A stretch of DNA of 57,743 bases, from assembly GCA_020725605.1 (NCBI GenBank), contig DYER01000026.1, forward strand, positions 1 through 57,743, given 5' to 3'. The notes below the pieces were generated by a model that did no database searches, was not told the DNA's origin, and worked only from the letters and a program-made list of their open reading frames with translations. Made by a program: the position numbers and the translations under genes. Each line of letters opens with the position of its first letter. Positions within the stretch are counted from its first letter, which is position 1. The stretch comes from Ammonifex sp. (GTDB lineage Bacteria; Bacillota; Desulfotomaculia; Desulfotomaculales; DYER01). Positions 30,372-38,813 of the stretch are shown here, one piece after another.

Positions 30372-31476
30372 CCCTCGTGCCACCCGGAAGGGTGGCTTTT
30401 AGTTTGGCCGTCCCCAGCAGCAGGAGGGGTACCAGAATCTGCATGGTCAGGGAGTAGGGGGGCCAAGTCTTGGAGACCCAGGTGGTCATTTCGGGTATGC
30501 TGTCGAAAAAGAACACGGCCCATACGATTTCAACGAGTACCAGGGGGAGGAGCAGGGGGCGGTAGTCGCGCAGGTCGAGCAGCTGGGCCGTGGCCAGGGT
30601 TCCCACATAGAACCAGACGGTGAACTTGGCAAAATTGCCGGCCACCCAGATGATCATGATGACGGCGTCGATGCGGGTGATGAAGTCCGCGATGTTCACC
30701 TGGCGGGCCAGTTCGAAGAAGGGAAAGATGAGCCGTGCGGCGGAGGCCCCGAAAACCGCGGTGGTGAAGGCGGCGTTGATCGACAGTACCAGGGTTACGA
30801 TCAGCAGACCCGCCAGACCGGCCGCAAAACCCGTTCGCGCCGGGTAGACGAAGGGAAGAAGATAGGCCGCAAAGGTGACCTCGCCCATCCAGGCGGCGGG
30901 GGGCAGGGCCCCGCGTACCACGGCCGCGGGTCGGGTCTCCAGTACGGGGCGGAGGTACTGGAAATTCACCATGTTAAGTAGCAGCAGCAGGATGACCCCG
31001 AAGGATATCAGAATGAGGGGGACGATGAGGGTCGTTACCCGTGCCACCACCTCGAGACCGCTGCGGACGCAGTAGACGCTCAGGAGCCCCACCAGACCCA
31101 TGAACACCAGAAGCGGCGTGGTGGGCATGAAGGCAATGGTTATGAATTCGGCGAATTCGCGCAAGATGACGGCGGCCGGAATGAACACATAAAGGATCAG
31201 AAACAGCCCGACGATTTTGCCCGCGACCTCGCCTAGGGTCGATCTGGCGTACTGAATCGGCGTCAGACCGGGAAAGCTCTTGCTCAGGCTCCAGACCAGT
31301 CCTAGGGCGGCCATCCCCTGGAGGAGCGCGGCCCAGGGGACGATCCAGGCGTCCCGCCGGGCCACTTCGGCGGCAAAGGCCGGAAGAAAGAGGATGGCCG
31401 TCGGTAAAATAACGGCTATTACCAGGAACATGGCCTGCGGCCCGGATATCTGCCCGCGTTCCAGCACCGGCACCAC
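30271..31476 (-). CDS. Spore germination protein, GerAB/KB (B-subunit) family
   Basis: About 10 TM helices; ILFLP, DAWI, TTP, GLEVVAR, FITRIDA. Confidence 0.9.
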   Translation of the reverse strand: MVPVLERGQISGPQAMFLVIAVILPTAILFLPAFAAEVARRDAWIVPWAALLQGMAALGLVWSLSKSFPGLTPIQYARSTLGEVAGKIVGLFLILYVFIPAAVILREFAEFITIAFMPTTPLLVFMGLVGLLSVYCVRSGLEVVARVTTLIVPLILISFGVILLLLLNMVNFQYLRPVLETRPAAVVRGALPPAAWMGEVTFAAYLLPFVYPARTGFAAGLAGLLIVTLVLSINAAFTTAVFGASAARLIFPFFELARQVNIADFITRIDAVIMIIWVAGNFAKFTVWFYVGTLATAQLLDLRDYRPLLLPLVLVEIVWAVFFFDSIPEMTTWVSKTWPPYSLTMQILVPLLLLGTAKLKATLPGGTRVKTQTRERNRAANTDRGPWPPFRRAPGPYSGPR

Positions 31477-31481
31477 CCGAG

Positions 31482-31509
31482 AAAAAAGGGGGGGACGTAC
31501 CCCCCTTTT
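31482..31509 (-). terminator. Intrinsic (bidirectional-type) terminator immediately upstream of the gerB-like gene
   Basis: AAAAAA-GGGGGGG-acgta-CCCCCC-TTTT; on the minus strand a G6/C7 stem followed by T6. Confidence 0.75.
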
Positions 31510-31570
31510 CGTGTGTCGGCCTTCCGCCGGGGTCTCACCCCGGCCCGTGGCCCGGTCCTACCCGTTCCCG

Positions 31571-31705
31571 TCAGCCCTTTCTTGTTAGGGCCAGCAGGTA
31601 AATCTCCTTCTGCTGTTTGTCCTTGTTGAGTTTTTTCTCCAGGTCCTGAAGCTGGGTCAGCTGAACCGCGTTGAGGTGCGCCAGTTCCATGCCCGCCAGG
31701 TCCAT
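31571..31705 (-). CDS. Small 44-aa hypothetical protein
   Basis: RBS GAGGAGG; MDLAGMELAHLNAVQLTQLQDLEKKLNKDKQQKEIYLLALTRKG. Confidence 0.7.
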   Translation of the reverse strand: MDLAGMELAHLNAVQLTQLQDLEKKLNKDKQQKEIYLLALTRKG

Positions 31706-31757
31706 GGGGGTAACCTCCTCTCGCGCGTTATTATATCCTGACGATGAGAAAATAATC

Positions 31758-31786
31758 TTGACTCGGGTGGGATTGAGAGATATAAT
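31758..31786 (+). promoter_or_regulatory. SigA promoter for feoA
   Basis: TTGACT-17-TATAAT. Confidence 0.8.
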
Positions 31787-31800
31787 CATTCACAAAAGAT

Positions 31801-31815
31801 TGAGAATGGTTCTCT
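31801..31815 (+). promoter_or_regulatory. Fur-box-like operator upstream of feoA
   Basis: TGAGAAT-G-GTTCTCT, resembling the 7-1-7 TGATAATnATTATCA; an ATAATCATT half-site also overlaps the -10. Confidence 0.65.
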
Positions 31816-31825
31816 ATGCTGCGGG

Positions 31826-32056
31826 GTGGGGGACGTGACTCTGGACCGCGTGCGGCGCGGGCAGGTTCTGCGTATCGCCGGCCTTCCCGACGGCGTCTTC
31901 CGGGCTCAGGCCCTGCGTTTCGATCTGGGCGAAGGGGCCGTGGTGACGTGTCGCGAGGTGATACCGGCCGGGCCGGTGGTACTGGCCCGGCGGCGTCAGG
32001 AGGTGGCCATCGGGCGGGACCTCGCCCGGCTCATTATGGTGGAGCCCGTGCGGTAG
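31826..32056 (+). CDS. feoA: Ferrous iron transport protein A
   Basis: SH3-like FeoA pattern: TL..V..G..., LR..L.EG, GPVV......VAIGRDLA..I.V. Confidence 0.88.
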   Translation: MGDVTLDRVRRGQVLRIAGLPDGVFRAQALRFDLGEGAVVTCREVIPAGPVVLARRRQEVAIGRDLARLIMVEPVR

Positions 32057-32081
32057 TAGTTTTATTTTTTTGCTTCCTCGT

Positions 32082-32102
32082 TGAAAATGGTTTTTATTCT
32101 CA
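32082..32102 (+). promoter_or_regulatory. Second Fur-box-like operator upstream of rtcB
   Basis: TGAAAATGGTTTTTATTCTCA; 13/19 match to GATAATGATAATCATTATC and 11/15 identical to the feoA box. Confidence 0.55.
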
Positions 32103-32123
32103 TGGAAAAATAAGGTTCCACCC

Positions 32124-32153
32124 TTGCGTAAGTGGTACCGTTAAGGGTATACT
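32124..32153 (+). promoter_or_regulatory. SigA-type promoter for rtcB-feoB
   Basis: TTGCGT-18-TATACT. Confidence 0.55.
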
Positions 32154-32183
32154 TTCAATGGCGGGCAAGGGGGTGGAAAAAAC

Positions 32184-33605
32184 ATGGATCTGGTACGGGA
32201 GGGACCCAACCGGTACCGGCTGCCGCGCCGGGGGGCCATGCGGGTGGACGGAGTGGTCTATGTAACCGAGGCCCTGCTGAGCCACCTGCGGGAGGACAAG
32301 TCCCTGGAACAGCTGGCCAACGCGGCGTGCCTGCCGGGGGTGGTGAACCCCGTGGTCGGGATGCCGGATATCCACGAGGGCTTCGGGTTACCCATCGGTG
32401 GGGTTATGGCCGTGGCCGAGGGAGGGGTCATTTCGGCCGGCGCCGTGGGCATGGACATTAACTGCGGCGTGAGGCTGATTCGCACCGACCTGGCGGCCGG
32501 GGAGTGCGATAAGCCCCTTCTGCGCCGGCTCATGGACCGTATCGAGGATTACGTGCCCACGGGGGTGGGCAAGAAGGGCAAACACAAGGGCATTACCGGG
32601 GACATTTTCGAACGGGTGGTGCACGTCGGCGCCCGCGGTGTGGTGGAGGAGGGCTACGGCTGGGAAGAGGACCTCCCCTGCACCGAGGAGGAGGGCTGCC
32701 TGCCCGGCGCGGACCTGGGGGCCGTGAGCGCCGAGGCCGTCAAGCGCGGTGCCGTGCAACTGGGGACCCTGGGCGGGGGTAATCATTTCATAGAACTGCA
32801 GGAAGTGGACCACGTGTGGGACCACGAGGTGGCAAGGCAGTTCGGCCTTTTCAGGGGCCAGCTGGTGGTCATGGTCCACACCGGAAGTCGCGGGTTCGGT
32901 CACCAGATCTGTACCGATTACAGCAAGAGCCTGCTTCAGGCCGCCAAGAAGTACGGGGTGGAGGTCCCGGACAAGGGTTTGGCCTGTGCTCCCGTAGACA
33001 GCAAGGAGGGGCGGGCCTACTACGCCGCCATGGCCTGCGCCGTGAATTTTGCCTTCAGCAACCGCCAGCTGATCACCCACGACGTGCGGCGGGCCTTCGG
33101 CGACGTCCTGGGCCGCGACCCCCGGACCCTGGGTATGAGGGTGGTCTACGATGTGGCCCACAACATTGCCAAGTGGGAGGAACACGGGGGTCGCCGGTTG
33201 CTGGTGCACCGCAAGGGGGCCACGCGGGCGCTACCGGCGGGACACCCCGGAAATCCGGCCGTCTACCGGGCCACCGGGCATCCCGTTCTGGTACCGGGAA
33301 GCATGGGCACAGCCTCCTACGTGCTGGTGGGCACACCGGCGGCGGCCGCCACCTTCTTTTCGGTGAACCACGGCGCGGGGCGTACCCTTTCCCGCCACGC
33401 GGCGGAAAGGTCCATTACCAGGGAGCAATTCGAGGCCAGTATGGGAGACGTGCTGTACAACACGCGCAATTTCAGGGACATCGTGGACGAGGCGCCCCTG
33501 GCCTACAAGGATATTCACCAGGTGGTGGACACCCTCGTAGAGGTCGGGATGATGCGCAAGGTGGCCCGCATGCGTCCGCTGGCGGTGATTAAGGGTAAGG
33601 ACTGA
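32184..33605 (+). CDS. rtcB: RtcB RNA ligase (3'-phosphate/5'-OH)
   Basis: MPDIHEG, GMDINCG, QLGTLGGGNHF, HTGSRG, HN, HRKGAT, PGSMG, HGAGR. Confidence 0.97.
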   Translation: MDLVREGPNRYRLPRRGAMRVDGVVYVTEALLSHLREDKSLEQLANAACLPGVVNPVVGMPDIHEGFGLPIGGVMAVAEGGVISAGAVGMDINCGVRLIRTDLAAGECDKPLLRRLMDRIEDYVPTGVGKKGKHKGITGDIFERVVHVGARGVVEEGYGWEEDLPCTEEEGCLPGADLGAVSAEAVKRGAVQLGTLGGGNHFIELQEVDHVWDHEVARQFGLFRGQLVVMVHTGSRGFGHQICTDYSKSLLQAAKKYGVEVPDKGLACAPVDSKEGRAYYAAMACAVNFAFSNRQLITHDVRRAFGDVLGRDPRTLGMRVVYDVAHNIAKWEEHGGRRLLVHRKGATRALPAGHPGNPAVYRATGHPVLVPGSMGTASYVLVGTPAAAATFFSVNHGAGRTLSRHAAERSITREQFEASMGDVLYNTRNFRDIVDEAPLAYKDIHQVVDTLVEVGMMRKVARMRPLAVIKGKD

Positions 33606-33620
33606 GCGGGAGGTGGGGAG

Positions 33621-35591
33621 GTGGATTGTTGCGGCCGGCAGTTCGCGGGCGATGGCGTACCGCCCGGGGGCCGGCGCATCGTGCTGGCCGGCAACCCCAA
33701 CGTGGGGAAATCGGTCTTTTTCAATGCCTTCACCGGGCTTTACGTTAATGTTTCCAACTACCCCGGCACGACCGTGGAAATCGCCCGCGGCCGGTGGGGA
33801 CCGGACCTGGTGCTGGATACCCCGGGGGTCTACGGGTTATCCTCCTTCAACGAGGAGGAGCGCATCGCCCGGGACATCATCCTGCAGGCCGACCTGGTGG
33901 TTAACGTGGTGGACGCGGTCCACCTGGAAAGGGACCTCTTTCTCACCCGACACATTATCGACACCGGCGTGCCGGTGGTCGTGGCCCTAAACATGGTGGA
34001 CGAGGCGCGCAGGCAGGGGCTCAAGATCGACGTGCCGCGGCTGGAGCAGGAACTGGGGGTACCCGTGGTGCCCACGGTGGCCGTTACGGGTAAAGGTCTG
34101 GCCGAGCTCCGGCAGCGCCTCCATACGGCCCGGCCCGGGCGGGTGGATCCGGATCTGGTGGCCCTGCTGGACGAACTGGTAGCGGCCACCGGCGGTAGGA
34201 TAAGCAGGGGCGAGGCCCTGCTGGTGCTGGAGGGCGACGAGGAGATAGCCCGGCGCTACGGCCTGCCCCCCGGGGACCGCCGCGAGGCCCTTTACCGGGT
34301 ACGGCGGGCGGAGGTCAACCGCATCGTGGAACTGGTGGTGCGGGAGGGGGCGCCCCGGGCGGATCTGGGGTCCCGCCTGAGCCACTGGATGTTGCAGCCC
34401 CTGACGGGCTGGCCGTTACTGGCCCTGACCCTGTGGTTGATCTACGAGTTCAACGGGGTGTTCATCGCGGGCACGGTGGTGGGGTTCGTTGAAGGGAGCC
34501 TGATGCAAGGCTACTACGAACCCGCGGTGAGGGATCTGGTAGGGTACCTGCTGCCTACCGGACCTTTAAACACCCTCCTGGCGGGGGATTTCGGCATCCT
34601 GACCATGACCGTGACTTACATTCTGGGCCTGCTGCTACCCCTGGTGGCCGGATTTTACCTGGCGCTGGGGCTCCTGGAGGACGTGGGTTACCTGCCGCGC
34701 ATTGCGGCCCTGGTGGACAGGTTCCTCGTCGGGTTCGGCCTCAACGGGCGGGCCGTCATTCCCCTCATCATGGGCTTCGGCTGCGTGACCATGGCCTCCA
34801 TTACGACGCGCCTGCTGTCCTCGGACCGGGAGCGGCGCATTGCCATTTTCCTGCTGGGTCTCTCCATTCCGTGTTCGGCTCAGCTGGCGGTGATCGTTAC
34901 CATGCTGGCGGGGCTGGGCCCCGGTTACGCGTCCCTGTACGCCCTGATCATCGGCAGCCTCCTGGTGGCCACCGGCACCCTGCTGGGGCGTTTTTTGCCC
35001 GGGGAGGCCACGCCTTTGTTCATCGACCTGCCGCCGTTGCGGCTGCCCCGCTGGCGTAACGTCCTGAAGAAAACCGCGGTGCGGACCTGGCACTTCCTCG
35101 GGGAGGCCACGCCTTTGTTCGTGATCGGTTCCCTGGCTTTGAGCGTCATGCAGGTGAGCGGACTGCTGGGAAGGCTCCAGTCCTGGCTGGCCCCCCTCAC
35201 CGAGGGCTGGCTCAAACTGCCGCGGGAGACCGCCAACGCCTTTATCATGGGTTTCGTACGGCGGGACTTCGGGGCCGCCGGACTCTACCAGCTGCCCCTG
35301 AACCCGGATCAGACCCTGGTGGCCCTGGTCACCATCACCATCTTCGTGCCCTGTGTCGCCTCGACCCTGGTGATTTTCAAGGAGCGGGGCCGCAGGGAAG
35401 CCCTGGTCATCTGGCCCACCATCTTCGTCCTGGCCTTCGTCATCGGGGGCATACTGGCCCACCTTTTCGCCTTTTTCCGCGGGATGGCCGGGGAATCCGT
35501 GTTGCCCCTGGTAATCGGCAGCGTACTCCTGTTCCTGGCCGCGGTCCTGGGCTTGACGAGCCTGCGCCGTACCCGCTGGTCGGGAGGCTAG
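33621..35591 (+). CDS. feoB: Ferrous iron transport protein B
   Basis: GNPNVGKS, NYPGTTV, DTPG, NMVD GTPase motifs; LEDVGYLPR, MGFGC, IPCSAQ, PCVAS. Confidence 0.97.
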   Translation: MDCCGRQFAGDGVPPGGRRIVLAGNPNVGKSVFFNAFTGLYVNVSNYPGTTVEIARGRWGPDLVLDTPGVYGLSSFNEEERIARDIILQADLVVNVVDAVHLERDLFLTRHIIDTGVPVVVALNMVDEARRQGLKIDVPRLEQELGVPVVPTVAVTGKGLAELRQRLHTARPGRVDPDLVALLDELVAATGGRISRGEALLVLEGDEEIARRYGLPPGDRREALYRVRRAEVNRIVELVVREGAPRADLGSRLSHWMLQPLTGWPLLALTLWLIYEFNGVFIAGTVVGFVEGSLMQGYYEPAVRDLVGYLLPTGPLNTLLAGDFGILTMTVTYILGLLLPLVAGFYLALGLLEDVGYLPRIAALVDRFLVGFGLNGRAVIPLIMGFGCVTMASITTRLLSSDRERRIAIFLLGLSIPCSAQLAVIVTMLAGLGPGYASLYALIIGSLLVATGTLLGRFLPGEATPLFIDLPPLRLPRWRNVLKKTAVRTWHFLGEATPLFVIGSLALSVMQVSGLLGRLQSWLAPLTEGWLKLPRETANAFIMGFVRRDFGAAGLYQLPLNPDQTLVALVTITIFVPCVASTLVIFKERGRREALVIWPTIFVLAFVIGGILAHLFAFFRGMAGESVLPLVIGSVLLFLAAVLGLTSLRRTRWSGG

Positions 35592-35596
35592 GGGAT

Positions 35597-36775
35597 TTGC
35601 GGTTCTGGATTTTCCTTGCCTCGTTCCTGTATTTCTGGCCGGGCCCCGGGGGGGTCGCGTGGGGCGCTACGCCCGCCGGGGAACCCGAAGTTGTGGCCCG
35701 GGCGGCGGTGCTCGCGGATGCCCGGACCGGACAGGTGCTGTGGGCCAGGAATCCCGACTTGCGGATGTACCCCGCCAGCACCACCAAGATCCTGACGGCC
35801 CTGGTGGTGGTCATGAGGGCCGATCTGACCGAGAGGGTGCGCGTGGTGCCGGAGGATACGAACGCGGGCGGCTCGGCCATCTGGCTGCAGCCGGGTGAGG
35901 TGTTGAGCGTCGAAGACCTTCTTTACGCCCTGCTCCTCAACTCGGCCAACGATGCCGCCGAGGCCCTGGCCAGGCATGTGGCGGGCTCGGACCGGGACTT
36001 TGCCCGGCTCCTGAACGATACGGCTCTGGCCCTGGGGGCCACAAATACCCATTTTACCAACCCGAGCGGCATGCCGGACCCCAACCACTACACCACGGCC
36101 CGGGACCTGGCAACAATTGCCCGGGCGGCCCTCGCCCACCCGGTGCTCCGACGTATCGTAGCCACCCGTACGTACGAGATCGGGCGCCAGGACCCGGAGG
36201 CCGTACGCTACCTGGTGAACCACAACAAACTCCTCTGGCGCTATCCGGGCGCCATCGGGGTAAAGACCGGATATACGGTCGAGGCCGGCCAGTGCCTGGT
36301 GGCGGCAGCCCAAAGGGGCGAACGCACCCTGATCGCCGTGGTGCTCGGCAGTCAGGGAGCGGCCGTGTGGAGCGACGCGACGGTGCTGCTGGACTACGGG
36401 TTTGCCTCTTTCGAGAGCCGCGAACTCGTACCGGCGCACCTGCCGGTCAGCCGTGCGCCGGTTCGTTACGGTAGCCGCGACCTGGTGGCAATTACCGCCG
36501 ATTCGTTTACGTATAACTTCCGCGCGGGAGAAGAACCGCAGGTCAGGCAGGAACTCCGGCTGGACCGGCATTTAAGGGCCCCGGTGGCCGCGGGGGCCAA
36601 GGTTGGCGAACTGGTCCTTTTCGACCGGGATACCGAGTTGGGCCGGGTGGACCTGGTGGCGGCCGAGAGGGTTCCGCGCAAGGCCTACACCAGCTGGTGG
36701 TTCTGGGTGCTGGTGGCGACCGGAGTTGTGACCGTACGCCGGCTGGTACGCCGCCGGGGCTTCCGGTACCGTTAG
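35597..36775 (+). CDS. D-alanyl-D-alanine carboxypeptidase (peptidase S11)
   Basis: PASTTK, SAND, KTGYT; signal peptide and C-terminal TM. Confidence 0.95.
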   Translation: MRFWIFLASFLYFWPGPGGVAWGATPAGEPEVVARAAVLADARTGQVLWARNPDLRMYPASTTKILTALVVVMRADLTERVRVVPEDTNAGGSAIWLQPGEVLSVEDLLYALLLNSANDAAEALARHVAGSDRDFARLLNDTALALGATNTHFTNPSGMPDPNHYTTARDLATIARAALAHPVLRRIVATRTYEIGRQDPEAVRYLVNHNKLLWRYPGAIGVKTGYTVEAGQCLVAAAQRGERTLIAVVLGSQGAAVWSDATVLLDYGFASFESRELVPAHLPVSRAPVRYGSRDLVAITADSFTYNFRAGEEPQVRQELRLDRHLRAPVAAGAKVGELVLFDRDTELGRVDLVAAERVPRKAYTSWWFWVLVATGVVTVRRLVRRRGFRYR

Positions 36776-36800
36776 CGGCCCCGCTACCGGGGGTAATCCC

Positions 36801-37673
36801 TTAGGGGACAAAGGCCAGTAGCCTGGCCGCGGCCGGTAGAAGGGGCAGGGCCGCGAGGCTGGAAATGACGTTGAACAGGGTGTGGGCGTTGGCTATTTGC
36901 CTGGCCGGATCCTGGGCCGTCAGGACCACCAGGTGGGCGAAAAGGGGTAGCAGCGGCAGGAAAGAGAGGGTACCGGCCAGGTTGAGCAGCAGGTGGAAGA
37001 CCGCCACCTGCCGGCCTATCCTGGCGCCGGCCAGGCTGGCCACCAGGCCGGTGGCACACGTGCCGATGTTGTTGCCGAACACCAGGGCCAGGGCTGCCGG
37101 GAGTTCCAGGAGCCCTTCGCGCACCAGGGCCACCGCCACTGCGGTGGCGGCGCTGCTGCTGTGCAGGAGCGCCGCCAGAAGGCTGCCGGCGGCTACGGTG
37201 TGGAGCGGATTGCGGGTCGCCCCCGAGATCCAGTGGCCAAACCCGGCCTTCAGCGGTGTCAGGGCGTACTGGAGCAGGTAGAGGGCGGCGAAGACCAGGC
37301 CGAAGCCCAGACAGGCGATGCCTAAATTTTGCAGTGGGGGGCGTTTGGAGCAGAGGCGCAAGGCGAGGCCGGCCAAAACGGCGGGCAGAGCCACGGTGCC
37401 CGGGTCATGGGAGAGGATTTGTACCGTGGCGCAGGTGCCGATGTTGGCGCCGAGGACCACGGCCATGGCGCGGGGCAGGTCCAGCAGCCGGGCGTTGGCG
37501 AGACCTATGGTGAGGAGGGTGATGGCCGTACTGCTCTGGGCCAGGGCGGTGGCCACCAGTCCGGCGCAGAAGGCGCTCCAGGTGGACCCGGCCCACCGCG
37601 CGAGCAGGCGCCTGACACCCGGGCCGGCCATGCCCGTGAGGCCGGTCTGGATGCCGTACATTCCCAGCAGCAA
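36801..37673 (-). CDS. Na/Pi cotransporter family protein (membrane part only; start uncertain)
   Basis: QSSTA, GANIGT, HSSSA, GNNIGT, IANAHTLFN. Confidence 0.88.
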   Translation of the reverse strand: MLLGMYGIQTGLTGMAGPGVRRLLARWAGSTWSAFCAGLVATALAQSSTAITLLTIGLANARLLDLPRAMAVVLGANIGTCATVQILSHDPGTVALPAVLAGLALRLCSKRPPLQNLGIACLGFGLVFAALYLLQYALTPLKAGFGHWISGATRNPLHTVAAGSLLAALLHSSSAATAVAVALVREGLLELPAALALVFGNNIGTCATGLVASLAGARIGRQVAVFHLLLNLAGTLSFLPLLPLFAHLVVLTAQDPARQIANAHTLFNVISSLAALPLLPAAARLLAFVP

Positions 37674-37760
37674 CAGGGTCGGGACCGTCAGTAACAGTAA
37701 TGCCGTGGCTTCACAGGCCTCCCGTATATGCTTTTATCAGTAACAAGCTATGTTACGGGT

Positions 37761-37789
37761 TTGACAGGGATTACGGTAAGTTTTATACT
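37761..37789 (+). promoter_or_regulatory. SigA promoter for the fur-family gene
   Basis: TTGACA-17-TATACT. Confidence 0.8.
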
Positions 37790-37819
37790 AGACTTGATTC
37801 CGGTCGGGCGGTGGTTGAC

Positions 37820-38260
37820 GTGGAAGAGCTGGTGTCCAGGGCGGGACGAAAGCTGAAGGCCAAAGAGTACAAGCTGACGCCCCAGCGCGAGGAAATTCTT
37901 AGGGTACTCTATCAGCACCGGGATAAGCACCTGAGCGCCGAGGACATTCATTTCCTGGTGAAGCAGCGCACGCCCGACGTGGGTCTGGCCACCGTCTACC
38001 GCACCCTGGAACTCCTCCTGGATTGCGACCTGGTGCACAGGATCGATTTCGGTGACGGACGGCAGCGCTACGAGGTGGTCACGGGCCCCGACGCCGGCCA
38101 CCATCACCACCACCTGATCTGCACCCGCTGCGGACGCATCCTGGAAGTCGAGGAGGACCTCCTCGAGGCCCTCGAGCAGCGCGTGGCCCTCGCCTACGGT
38201 TTTCAGGTCACGGACCACCAGCTCAAGATGTTCGGCACCTGCCGGGAGTGCCGGGAATGA
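37820..38260 (+). CDS. fur: Fur-family transcriptional regulator
   Basis: LTPQR, HLSAED, GLATVYRTLELL, HHHHHLICTRCG, GTCREC. Confidence 0.93.
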   Translation: MEELVSRAGRKLKAKEYKLTPQREEILRVLYQHRDKHLSAEDIHFLVKQRTPDVGLATVYRTLELLLDCDLVHRIDFGDGRQRYEVVTGPDAGHHHHHLICTRCGRILEVEEDLLEALEQRVALAYGFQVTDHQLKMFGTCRECRE

Positions 38261-38394
38261 AGGTCGAGTCCGGGAAAACCTCCGGAGTACCGCCCACGGC
38301 CGCCGCTGAGGCGGTTTAAATTTTCTAACGTAGTGACATGTTTCCCCCGCTGTGTCATAATGGGAGAAAGCGATCAGGGAAGGGGGAACAACCC

Positions 38395-38802
38395 GTGTCG
38401 CCGGCGATGCTGGAACTCATAGTGCAGAGTCCGACCGTGCTCTTCGCGCAGTGGGATTTTCCGTTCCTCTGTGAGCAAGAGTGTGTGATGCGTTTGTACC
38501 GCTTGCCGGACGTCGGTGCCCTGCCCCAGTACGGTAGCGTGTGCCTGGAGTTGCCTCTTCCCCAATCGGCGGGCAGCATGTATTTTTACCGGCTGACCCC
38601 CGGCCATCATTACGTGGTGGAGATCGGGATCCGGCGGGAGGGTGTTTTCTATCCCTTACGGCGTTCCAACGTGGCCACCACCCCCCGTACGGAAGCGGCG
38701 ACGGAGGAGCCCGAACGAGTGGCGGCGGTGGTAGTGCCGCTGGCGGTTGCGGACTGGTTCGCCGAAGGTTCCGGTGCCGCACCTTACTACCCGGGCGAGT
38801 AG
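38395..38802 (+). CDS. DUF4912-like protein
   Basis: L.VQSP..LFA.W, RLY, YVVEIG...RSN...TP. Confidence 0.78.
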   Translation: MSPAMLELIVQSPTVLFAQWDFPFLCEQECVMRLYRLPDVGALPQYGSVCLELPLPQSAGSMYFYRLTPGHHYVVEIGIRREGVFYPLRRSNVATTPRTEAATEEPERVAAVVVPLAVADWFAEGSGAAPYYPGE

Positions 38803-38813
38803 GGGGGAGCCTC

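Noticed and set aside
28266-33605. HEPN + RtcB as a toxin/RNA-repair defence pair
   Set aside because: They are separated by unrelated genes and promoters, and the HEPN protein lacks the catalytic motif.
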